Source of the DNA: an uncultured candidate division Zixibacteria bacterium
Lineage (GTDB): Bacteria; Zixibacteria; MSB-5A5; UBA10806
Assembly: GCA_963817915.1 (NCBI GenBank)
Contig: CAWFQL010000012.1
Coordinates: forward strand, 608,001-672,000
DNA: 64,000 bases
Direction: 5' to 3'
The position numbers and the translations under genes were made by a program. Within the stretch, counting starts at the first letter, position 1; each line of letters opens with the position of its first letter. Below are positions 10,426-19,410 of the stretch, in pieces. The notes beneath the pieces were generated by a model, which saw only the letters and a list, made by a program, of their open reading frames with translations, was not told the DNA's origin and ran no database searches.

Positions 10426-10446
10426 CACCATACAGAAGAAAATAAA

Positions 10447-11571
10447 TTGAAAAGCCGCGTTGTATCAGTCGCTATAGATTCTTATGATTTGGAGAAAATT
10501 TCCGCATCGCTGAATATCCTCATGGCACCTCTCGGCGGATTCGCCAAATTTATCAAACCGGGGATGAAGGTACTAATAAATCCCAATCTCCTTTCGGCCA
10601 GAACTCCTGATCGCGCGGTGACTACCCATCCCATGCTGGTTGCCGCAGTAGCGGCCAAATGCAAGGAATTGGGCGCGGAGCCTATAATCGGTGATTCACC
10701 CGGTGGAGTTGAGAAGGGGCTAAAGAGGGTCTGGGATAATACTGGCATGGCGTCAACGGCAGAATCGACGGGATGTCAGCTTGTCGGGTTTGAATCGGGG
10801 AATATCAGGCAAGTCTCGGTCGATGGAAGAATCTACCATCTTTCCCGATATGCCTTCGATGTCGATTTTATAATTTCATTGCCGAAACTAAAGACTCACG
10901 TGCTTACTCTTTTCACGGGAGCTATTAAGAACTGCTATGGATTTATTCCCGGATTGAAAAAATCAGATTACCATAAAAGTAACGTCAAGCCCAAATCCTT
11001 CTCCAACGTACTGGTGGATATATTTTCTCAAGTGAAGCCCGGTCTCTTTATAATGGATGGCGGTCTTGTAATGGAAGGTGATGGACCGGCGTCGGGCCAA
11101 TCCCGATGGATGGGATATCTTTTTGCCTCTACCGACGGCGTTGCAATGGATAGTTCTGTCGCGTCTCTGCTCGGGAAATCGAAAAAAATAATATGGCCGA
11201 CAATTATCGCCGCCGAAAGAAAGTTAGGTATCGCCGACCTGAATCTGATAGAGAGAACCGGCCCGGCTTTCAGCAACGGCGTTATTTCGGATTTTAAGCT
11301 GCCAAGCAATGCCTATATGAGTCTAATTCCAGAATCTTTATCCAAATCAGTCGGCTCGCTCATCTGGGCTCGTCCCGCGATAAACCATGATCTCTGTACA
11401 TTGTGCCAGACATGCGTCGATAATTGCCCTCAGAATGTCATTAGCGAATCTGGAGGTAAATTAGTATTTGACTACGACAATTGCATAAAATGTATGTGCT
11501 GCCACGAGCTCTGCCCCGAAAAAGCGGTATATCTCGAAAAAAGCTGGCTGGCCAGCCGCATCGGCCATTGA
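10447..11571 (+). CDS. DUF362 domain protein with C-terminal 2x[4Fe-4S] ferredoxin domain
   Basis: PNLL, TTHP, LPKLKTH, GAIKNCYG, MEGDGP; CTLCQTCVDNCP and CIKCMCCHELCP. Confidence 0.88.
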   Translation: MKSRVVSVAIDSYDLEKISASLNILMAPLGGFAKFIKPGMKVLINPNLLSARTPDRAVTTHPMLVAAVAAKCKELGAEPIIGDSPGGVEKGLKRVWDNTGMASTAESTGCQLVGFESGNIRQVSVDGRIYHLSRYAFDVDFIISLPKLKTHVLTLFTGAIKNCYGFIPGLKKSDYHKSNVKPKSFSNVLVDIFSQVKPGLFIMDGGLVMEGDGPASGQSRWMGYLFASTDGVAMDSSVASLLGKSKKIIWPTIIAAERKLGIADLNLIERTGPAFSNGVISDFKLPSNAYMSLIPESLSKSVGSLIWARPAINHDLCTLCQTCVDNCPQNVISESGGKLVFDYDNCIKCMCCHELCPEKAVYLEKSWLASRIGH

Positions 11572-11618
11572 TCCAAATTTAATATTACTAAAAGCTTCTA
11601 TAGTCTGGAATCATGCTC

Positions 11619-11652
11619 AAAAAGAAAAGCCCCCATTTTTCAATGGAGGCTT
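11619..11652 (-). terminator. Terminator downstream of the SWIB gene
   Basis: On the minus strand, AAGCCTCCATT-loop-AATGGGGCTT followed by TTCTTTTT. Confidence 0.65.
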
Positions 11653-11674
11653 CCGCGAGTCAACAAATCAAATT

Positions 11675-12043
11675 CTACTTAAGATGCTTGGATACTAACT
11701 TTGTCATCTCGAACATGCTTACTTTGTTCTTGCCGCCAAATACAGCAGCGAGAGCTGAGTCAGCATTGATCATGCGTCTGTTAACCTTATCCTGCAACCC
11801 GTTCTTCTTGATATAGTCCCAAAGCTTCTTGGTGACTTGGGTTCTCGGTAGAGGTTTGCTTCCGACTACTGCCGCCAACGCGTTGCTCGGAGTCATCGGC
11901 TTCATGAATGCCGCATTTGGTTTCCGTTTGGATTTAGCCTTTGGGGCTTTCTTCGCGACTTTCTTCTTAGCTACTTTCTTCTTTGCAACTTTCTTCTTGG
12001 CGGGTTTCTTCTTGGCTGTCTTTTTTGCTTTCTTAGCAGGCAT
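11675..12043 (-). CDS. SWIB/MDM2 domain protein with Lys/Ala-rich histone H1-like N-terminal tail
   Basis: FMKPMTPSNALAAVVG..LPRTQVTKKLWDYIKKNGLQD..INAD..VSMFEMTK; AGGAGG SD before ATG 12043; KKKVA repeats. Confidence 0.92.
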   Translation of the reverse strand: MPAKKAKKTAKKKPAKKKVAKKKVAKKKVAKKAPKAKSKRKPNAAFMKPMTPSNALAAVVGSKPLPRTQVTKKLWDYIKKNGLQDKVNRRMINADSALAAVFGGKNKVSMFEMTKLVSKHLK

Positions 12044-12535
12044 TCTAGCCTCCTTCATTGTGCGCCGTGATGGCGTCAGGTTTAATGTTTATTCGCGGTT
12101 TCACTTTCTTTCGCTTTTAATTTTCTTTCACCCCCAGATCACATTATCTCTTTCCAAGACTGATTGTAGGGGGTAATGCAAAAATATTTCAACTAAAAAT
12201 ATTCACTTTTTAGAGGAAAAATGCATTTTTTTTCAAAAAAACCCGTTTTTTGCCCCGAAAAGGCTGTTTTTGCCCTTTATTTCACTCTCGCGAAGTATGA
12301 AGATCGTCATTTCCGCTTCCTTGAACCCTCGATAGTCACCGTGAAATATTTTTTATTTGCTGTGAAGCAAATTGTAAATCAGCGCTTGCGGCAGTCGCAA
12401 ACACATGAATTTTGTCTATGAAGATTAAGAAAATTTTGAGATTAATAAGAGTACGATTACAGTCGATGGAGATATATGAAACTCTTAATCAGATAATTCC
12501 ACTTGAATCCTAAGCCTTGAAATCCTAATATTTCG

Positions 12536-12730
12536 ATGCTTATGAAAATATTAAATTTAAAAATCAGTGTTGATGAAAATCTCTGCGGCCAGTGTGGGGC
12601 CTGTGTCGCCGTTTGCCAATTCGAGGCCATATATCTTTCTCCCTTAGCTCTTGAAATAGATGACGATTCTTGTACATCCTGCGGAGATTGCGTCCAATTC
12701 TGTCCGGTAGGAGCATTAAATCTTGCCTGA
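12536..12730 (+). CDS. 2x[4Fe-4S] ferredoxin
   Basis: CGQCGACVAVC and CTSCGDCVQFCP. Confidence 0.9.
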   Translation: MLMKILNLKISVDENLCGQCGACVAVCQFEAIYLSPLALEIDDDSCTSCGDCVQFCPVGALNLA

Positions 12731-13902
12731 TATAAAAAAATACGACGTAATTGTGATTGGAGCAGGGCCCGCCGGATCAATGGCTGCGCGATATGCCGCC
12801 GAGGGCGGGGCGAAAACGTTGCTGCTGGAAAAACATGAATCGATCGGCCTGCCGGTTTGTTGCGCGGAGGGAATTACCGACGCCGGTTTGAGGAATTATG
12901 TGGAACCTCGTCCTGAATGGATTGCGACTTATATAAGCAGGGCGAGCCTGGTCGGGCCATCGGGAAAGACTATCACCGTAACACACGAGAACGCCGGATT
13001 CATTTTGCATAGGGATAAATTCGATAATTATTTAACCCAGATGGCGAAAGATTCAGGCGCCGAAGTTGAGACTTACTCGCCAGTCGTATCATTGAATATT
13101 AGAGACCAGATAATAAAAAGCGTCGTAGTTGAGAACTCGAGTCATCGCGTAGAATACGAAGCAGATATTTTCATAGCGGCGGATGGGGTCGAATCGCGAA
13201 TCGCTATGATGGCGGGAATCGCCACCAATGCTGAATTGACTCAAATAGATACGACATGCCAGTACTATGCGGATAATCTCACTATAGATGATGACAAAGT
13301 TGATATTTATATTGGCAATAATATCGCGCCCGGCGGCTATATCTGGGTTTTTCCAAAATCGGCAACCTCAGCCAATATCGGAGCTGCTATCTGGCCTCCA
13401 AGGCTGGATGGGAAATTCGCCAAAAATTACCTTGATGATTTTATCGACAATCATTTTCCCGGACATAAAAAGGTGAGACTTACGATGGGAGGTCTGCCGG
13501 AATTCAAGTCTGATATCCCGAGGGTTCAGGGAAACCTGATGCTGATTGGCGACGCCGCCAGAATATTGGATTCGCTTTCCGGAGCGGGAATCTCGAATGC
13601 CATGATTTCGGGCAAAATCGCGGGAGAAACAGCCGCAAAATCGCTGGGGAATATTCCGAACCTTCGCGAATATTTTAAAGAATTCATGAAGCTCAAATCC
13701 AAGGAACTTCATGCTTATAAAGTGCTGAAATCGCTTTTAGTAAAGGCAACCGATAATGACTTCAATATTATAGTCGATGCTCTCGACGATCTATTTCCCG
13801 AATAAGAAAATCCGGGATGTTAATTTCCCGGATCTCATTTTCAGACTTATCTTGAAAAAACCGAGCCTGATTACTCTGGCCCGTTATCTGGTGGCAAGTT
13901 GA
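12723..13902 (+). CDS. Geranylgeranyl reductase family flavoprotein (DGGR-like); premature stop at 13805 from a probable +1 frameshift near 13794-13799
   Basis: GAGPAG, PVCCAEG, AADGVES, PGGYIWVFPK (PxxYxWxFP), GDAA..SGAGI. The shifted frame continues FPNKKIRDVNFPDLIFRLILKKPSLITLARYLVAS to TGA 13902, giving about 392 aa. Confidence 0.85.
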
Positions 13903-13904
13903 AT

Positions 13905-14156
13905 CTATTTAGCGTTAATCTTCTTAGCGAGCCTCGATTTAAGTCTGGCTGCCTTGTTTTTATGGATTACGCGTTTGCGGGCGGCCATATCAAGCTGGCG
14001 AACCGCGTCACCAAATTCGGTTTTCCGTTTCTCTTTATCCTTTTCGGAACGAACTGTCTTGATAGCTGCACGAAGCTCGGATTTGGTCTTTCTATTTCTT
14101 TGACGGGCTACTTCTGCCTGCTTTTTTCTCTTTACCGCCGATTTGTGTTTGAGCAA
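13905..14156 (-). CDS. rpsT: 30S ribosomal protein S20
   Basis: KHKSAVKR..RNRKTKSELR..IHKNKAARLKSRL; AAGGAG SD before TTG 14156. Confidence 0.95.
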   Translation of the reverse strand: MLKHKSAVKRKKQAEVARQRNRKTKSELRAAIKTVRSEKDKEKRKTEFGDAVRQLDMAARKRVIHKNKAARLKSRLAKKINAK

Positions 14157-14214
14157 TTGAATCTCCTTTTTCAAAAATCAAAATCGAGCCCGAAATATAA
14201 ATTATTGGTGAACA

Positions 14215-15786
14215 TTGTCAACTGAAAAAAAATCGTTTCTAAGAAGAACCGGCCGTTTTTCGCTGGCCACGATAATTTCCCGTTTCACGGGCCTCCTCCG
14301 CGAAGCGACGCTGGCGGCCCTTTTCGGGGCATCCGGCTCTATGGACGCCTTCGTGGCGGCATTTCGTATACCAAACCTGCTTAGGGACCTTTTCGCTGAA
14401 GGCGCCCTTTCCGCGGCCTATATCCCGGTTTTTACGGACAAGCTGAAAAAAGAGGGCAAAGAACAGGCATTCGAAGTCACTTCGTCGGTTTTCTCCATAA
14501 TGCTTGTCTTTTTGGGAATATTGGTGACACTTGGCATAGTGCTGGCCCCATATTTTGTACAATATTATGTCTCGGGCTTTTCGGCCGATCCCGCCAAAAT
14601 TGATCTGACCATAACCTTATCGCAGATCATGTTTCCATTTCTGCTTTTGGTGGCATTGGCGGCCGCCTGCATGGGGACATTGAATTCACTGGGCAGATTT
14701 GGCATCCCGGCAGTCGCCCCTGCGGTCTTCAATATAATCACGATAATCATGGCCCTGTATTTTTCTCAATATTTTAACCCGCCGATTTTAGTCCTTGGCG
14801 TAGGGGTCATCGTGGGTGGTTTGGGGCAATTTCTGATTCAGGCGCCTCAGATGGCTCGGGCTGGCTATCGTTTTCATTTTCATCTCAATTTCAACGATCC
14901 TTCTGTTAGGAAAATATTCAAGCTTTTGCTACCGGCCGCGCTTGGAGTGGCGGCATGGCAGATAAATGTCGTAGTCGGAACAGTTATAGCATCCCATCTT
15001 TCAGAGGGGAGTATATCCAATTTGTACTATTCTCTACGGTTGGTGCATTTTCCATTAGGCATTTTCGGAGTGGCATTGGCAGCGGTATCGCTGCCTGAGA
15101 TATCCGGCATGGTGTCGTCAGGGGATTTTAAGGGTGCAGGTGAGGCCCAGCGATATTCATCTCGAATGGTGATCTTCCTGCTTTTGCCATCGGCAGCTTA
15201 CCTGATTGGCGCGGCCGATTCTGTCGTGGCATTGGCATATCAACGAGGGAATTTTTCGTGGAATGACACGCTTGATGTCGCCATGGGGCTGCGGGCATAT
15301 TCGGTCGGTCTGGTGTTTTTCGGACTGGTTAGAGTAACGGCCCAAGTTTTTTACGCATTCAAAGATACAGCGACACCCGTGAAAATTTCGGTGGTTGCAG
15401 TACTGGTGAATATAGGATTGAGTCTTTTATTAATGAAACCCCTGGGGTTTGCCGGGTTGGCTCTGGCGACCTCGATTTCAGCCCTGACTAATTTTTCTCT
15501 ATTATATTATTCATCAGGGAAGAAGGCGCCCAGGCCAGATAGCATGGGTTTGCTAAAATATTCGGCAAAAATCCTGCTCGCGTCTTTTCACTGCTATCTG
15601 GCGTCAGCGGCGGTAACTTTCGCATTTAAGGGAGCTAATGGCTACAATGGTATTTGGGGCTCTGGCATGGCGGCCTTGCTCTCCGCGATTGCTGGCGGAG
15701 CGGTATATTTTTCCTTTTGCTATATTCTGAAGATCGATGAGCTCAAGCATGTCAAAGAAGCGTTCTTCAGCCGGAAAAAGTCCTAA
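14215..15786 (+). CDS. murJ: Lipid II flippase MurJ
   Basis: SRFTGLLRE, DAFVAAFRIPNLLRDLFAEGA, FYAFKDTATP; many TM helices. Confidence 0.95.
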   Translation: MSTEKKSFLRRTGRFSLATIISRFTGLLREATLAALFGASGSMDAFVAAFRIPNLLRDLFAEGALSAAYIPVFTDKLKKEGKEQAFEVTSSVFSIMLVFLGILVTLGIVLAPYFVQYYVSGFSADPAKIDLTITLSQIMFPFLLLVALAAACMGTLNSLGRFGIPAVAPAVFNIITIIMALYFSQYFNPPILVLGVGVIVGGLGQFLIQAPQMARAGYRFHFHLNFNDPSVRKIFKLLLPAALGVAAWQINVVVGTVIASHLSEGSISNLYYSLRLVHFPLGIFGVALAAVSLPEISGMVSSGDFKGAGEAQRYSSRMVIFLLLPSAAYLIGAADSVVALAYQRGNFSWNDTLDVAMGLRAYSVGLVFFGLVRVTAQVFYAFKDTATPVKISVVAVLVNIGLSLLLMKPLGFAGLALATSISALTNFSLLYYSSGKKAPRPDSMGLLKYSAKILLASFHCYLASAAVTFAFKGANGYNGIWGSGMAALLSAIAGGAVYFSFCYILKIDELKHVKEAFFSRKKS

Positions 15787-16784
15787 TGAAAATCGCAGTT
15801 ATTCAAACAGCGTTTCCGGGCGATGTCATATTATCCACGCCGATATTTCAGGCATTAAAAGATAAATATATCGGATGTAAGACAGTCGCGGTAGTCAGGC
15901 CGGAATCGGTTTGTTTATTGCAAAATAATCCTTATATCGATACGATTCTGCCATATGATAAATACGGCTCCGACAGCGGAATCTCAGGTATCTTGCGCAT
16001 AGCGTCCAAATTAAAGGGATGCGATCAAGCTATTATAATTCAAAGGCATTTTCGCTCGGCGCTGCTGTCATTATTGGCAGGAATCAAGGAGCGAGTTGGA
16101 TTTGATAATTCATCTTCAGAGATTTTGTATGCAAAAAAGGTGAAATATCAAAAAGACCATCATGAAGTCCAAAGATGCCTTGAATTGATAGGAATAGATA
16201 ATATTGATAAAAGGTATTCGCCCAGAATATTTCTCGATAACGATGTAAACGCAAGAGCAGAAAAAAAACTTCTCGAAGCCGGGATTAATTCTGATTTTGC
16301 GGTGGTGGCGCCCGGTTCTGTATGGGCAACCAAGCGGTACGCGCACTATTTGGAATTAACCGATCTAATTGCGAATAAGTTGAATTTAAAGGTTGTTATG
16401 GTAGGCGGGATTTCGGATTCTGCTGACGCCGAATATTTAGCAAGTAATGCTCAAAATCATCCGGTAAATTTGGTAGGGAAGACCGATCTTTTGGAATCGG
16501 CCGCAATTATTTCAAAAGCCAAAATTGCATTTACCAATGATTCCGCGCCGGCGCATATTGCCGCTGCTGTTGGCACACCTGTAGTGGCAATTTTCGGGCC
16601 GACTTCGCCGTCATTTGGGTTTTCTCCATACTCAGAAAAATCGAGAGTTGTCGATATTGGAAATCTATATTGCCGTCCATGCACAATACACGGATCGAAA
16701 AAATGCCCTGAAAAACATTTTCGATGTATGATTGATTTGCAACCTGAAGTAATTATCGAGGCGGCAAAATCACTGCTTTCCTGA
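15786..16784 (+). CDS. Glycosyltransferase family 9 (LPS heptosyltransferase, WaaF-like)
   Basis: QTAFPGDVIL, APGSVWATKR, TNDSAPAHIAAAVGTPVVAIFGPT, CRPC. Confidence 0.9.
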   Translation: MKIAVIQTAFPGDVILSTPIFQALKDKYIGCKTVAVVRPESVCLLQNNPYIDTILPYDKYGSDSGISGILRIASKLKGCDQAIIIQRHFRSALLSLLAGIKERVGFDNSSSEILYAKKVKYQKDHHEVQRCLELIGIDNIDKRYSPRIFLDNDVNARAEKKLLEAGINSDFAVVAPGSVWATKRYAHYLELTDLIANKLNLKVVMVGGISDSADAEYLASNAQNHPVNLVGKTDLLESAAIISKAKIAFTNDSAPAHIAAAVGTPVVAIFGPTSPSFGFSPYSEKSRVVDIGNLYCRPCTIHGSKKCPEKHFRCMIDLQPEVIIEAAKSLLS

Positions 16785-19076
16785 TGATTTCAAGAGCGAT
16801 TCGGCCAGATTCAGTTTTTCTCGCGCCTCGGGAAAATCGGGTTTAATATCCAACGCCTCTTTAAAGAATTGAATCGCCTGATCTAATAAACCGACCTTGG
16901 CCAATGTCAACGCGCAGTTGTAATATGTAAGGGCGTTTTCGGGATCGAGTTCGATCGATTTCTTGAACGCTGCCAACGCTTCTTTATACATTTTGACATA
17001 ATCATAAGCCAGCGCTAGATTTGTCCAGGCATCGGGTAATTCGGGTAAAAGCTCGGTGGTCTTTTTAAAATAATTAAGGGCGGTGTCGGCCTTTCCCTTT
17101 TTTACTTGAATCAAGCCGAGCTCATAATTCGCTAATCCTGTTACCCTATCAGGTTTATAACCATATTTGACCTGTGAAGAATAGATGGTCGAAAGGTCGT
17201 ACCTTTCGACAATATCCTGGGGATTTTTAGATACTATTTGAAGGAATTCATTTTCTGCCTCGGGCAATTGCCCCCTGTCTTCCAGCATCTTCCCCTTGAA
17301 ATAATGCCCAGGCAAGTAATCCGGGAACAATGTTGTCAGGCTATCGGCAATTTTATAGGCTGTGTCATTATCTTTTAGTCTGGATGATGCCAGTATGATA
17401 TTGACGTAAGCGTCAAGAAATTGAGGCGATATATTGATAGCCTGGCGCGCTTCTTTCAATGATCCTTCGTCATCGCCCTGCAATCTGTCAAGAACCGCGA
17501 GATTGTTGTGCGCCGCCGCCGAGACATGACATTTGGCGATCTCAAGGTCGAATTCCTTGCGGGCATTTTCAAAATCCTTCTGCTCGAAAAATATTATTCC
17601 TCGATTGAGATGCGCGGATGGTGTACATTCCGAAAGCGCCAATGCCTTATCGTATTCATCGAGCGCTTTATCATTCAATCCTTTTTTTAGGTAAACATTG
17701 CCAAGTGAAAAATGAGACATGGCGAAATTCTCATGGGAGACTCCATAAAAATCAATATTGGTTAATGCAAATAAAATGATCAAAATTATGGCGGATTTTA
17801 CTATTTTTCTGATACTTCGGGTCTTAATTATTTCAAAACTTTTATAGAATGCTAAGGCCGCGAGAATAATTAGGAACGGCCATACCGGCAACCTGAAACG
17901 ACCATTCACGAAAAAGACAACCACTGTCAGCATATAAATGATAATGAAATGTCCCATGAGATGATATTTGATGTTATAGCGAAATATCAGAATCAGTCCA
18001 ATAAGTGAAAATGGCGCAATTATGAAAAATAAGGGGGGAAGAATTTTGGTAATAGAAGCAAATTGCCTGAAGAAATAAAGATTTTGATTATTTGATATTT
18101 CGTACGAATTCCAAAATAGGCTTATCTTCTTTATAGATAGTCTAATCCAATCTGCGGGTTTGCTTTTAATAAAGTCGTACGCCTTTTCATAATAAAATGA
18201 CGAGACTGCGGAAGGTTTCATCGGCTGGCCAAGACGACCGGTTTCTTTTTTCGCCAAATATTCGCAATCGGAATACTGCCAGGTATTGCCAAATTCAGGC
18301 ATGACCGCGGATGCACCGTCGGCATATTGATTGTTGCCGATATAAAAATTTATTCCGCCCTGCGAGGCGATCAGGACATTATCGTGACCGATTATCAGAT
18401 TTCTCAGATAAACTGGCAAAATAATTATTCCGCAAGCGATAGCGTAAATGGCAAATCGCCATAATGCCGTCTTATACTTTTTATCGAATACAAATATCAT
18501 CCAGATAAATACAGCGGGCAGGAACGCCAGATAATTTGGCCGAGTTATACTCGCCACGCCAAGAGTCAGACCCGCCAAAATGATGCGCCAGCGCGATGGT
18601 TTTTCAATTGAACGGAATAATGTCCAGATGACAAGAATACTGAATAAAACCAAAAGCGAGTCGAGCAGCAGCTCATCCTCATAATAAATGAAAACCCAAT
18701 TAAATGCCGCTATCAGGCCGACAGTCAATGATAACTTCCTGCCAAAATAACGATCCGAAAAAAGGAAGAGCATCGAGCAGGTAAATGCTCCCAAAAAATG
18801 CTGGATAATTTTCGCAACTGCCAGCGAAGAGCCGAAGATGGCGTATATTAATCCCAAAAAATAGGCGTAAAAAGGCGCTCGGAAAAATGGCCCCGACCCC
18901 AGGATATCGCCGCCCGCTATCTGCCTTGCCCAAAGATCATGATAGAGCGGATCGATTGTGGGAGAGTCCCAGCCGGGGAAATTGGCTTTGATTTGATAGA
19001 AATATATTAATCTCACTGTGAGCGAAATTAGGAAAATAATCCCTGCCCATAGATATTTGGAATCTATCTTTTTCAT
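16770..19076 (-). CDS. GT-C fold (family 39/ArnT-PMT-like) membrane glycosyltransferase with C-terminal TPR repeats
   Basis: IDPLYH..PFFRAPFYAYFL, GGINFYIGN, RFRLP; many TM helices followed by TPRs (AWTNLALAY, YYNCALTL). Confidence 0.82.
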   Translation of the reverse strand: MKKIDSKYLWAGIIFLISLTVRLIYFYQIKANFPGWDSPTIDPLYHDLWARQIAGGDILGSGPFFRAPFYAYFLGLIYAIFGSSLAVAKIIQHFLGAFTCSMLFLFSDRYFGRKLSLTVGLIAAFNWVFIYYEDELLLDSLLVLFSILVIWTLFRSIEKPSRWRIILAGLTLGVASITRPNYLAFLPAVFIWMIFVFDKKYKTALWRFAIYAIACGIIILPVYLRNLIIGHDNVLIASQGGINFYIGNNQYADGASAVMPEFGNTWQYSDCEYLAKKETGRLGQPMKPSAVSSFYYEKAYDFIKSKPADWIRLSIKKISLFWNSYEISNNQNLYFFRQFASITKILPPLFFIIAPFSLIGLILIFRYNIKYHLMGHFIIIYMLTVVVFFVNGRFRLPVWPFLIILAALAFYKSFEIIKTRSIRKIVKSAIILIILFALTNIDFYGVSHENFAMSHFSLGNVYLKKGLNDKALDEYDKALALSECTPSAHLNRGIIFFEQKDFENARKEFDLEIAKCHVSAAAHNNLAVLDRLQGDDEGSLKEARQAINISPQFLDAYVNIILASSRLKDNDTAYKIADSLTTLFPDYLPGHYFKGKMLEDRGQLPEAENEFLQIVSKNPQDIVERYDLSTIYSSQVKYGYKPDRVTGLANYELGLIQVKKGKADTALNYFKKTTELLPELPDAWTNLALAYDYVKMYKEALAAFKKSIELDPENALTYYNCALTLAKVGLLDQAIQFFKEALDIKPDFPEAREKLNLAESLLKSSGKQ

Positions 19077-19410
19077 TGGAATGATGATATTATTATCGCT
19101 ATTCACTGGCAAGATGTTTGTTTTCAGCACATTCCGGATTATGAAATGAATTGCAGCTTTATGCTACCCGGTGTCATTTCCGGCTATTCGATTTCAATTT
19201 ATTTGTTCAATTGGATATCGATTTTATGCTTAATATGAGATTTGGAAAGCGATTACGCTGAGAATCTGGAACGGACGAGGATTGATTCCTGTTAATAACT
19301 TTGATTATGATGGGCACGGTTTTTGACTTGATTTTAGCGGGGATTATAGTTAGTTTATATTAATTTGGATGGAATAAGGTGTTTTTAAAATTAAAAAAGA
19401 GGAGCCTTAA

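Noticed and set aside
11829..12176. Plus-strand Phe/Ala-rich ORF resembling a membrane protein
   Set aside because: Antisense of the SWIB Lys/Ala tail codons.
12060..12535. Possible ncRNA in the ~480-bp SWIB-ferredoxin intergenic region
   Set aside because: AT-rich with only short CCCCC/GGGGG complementarity and no recognisable RNA family motif. A covariance search would be needed.
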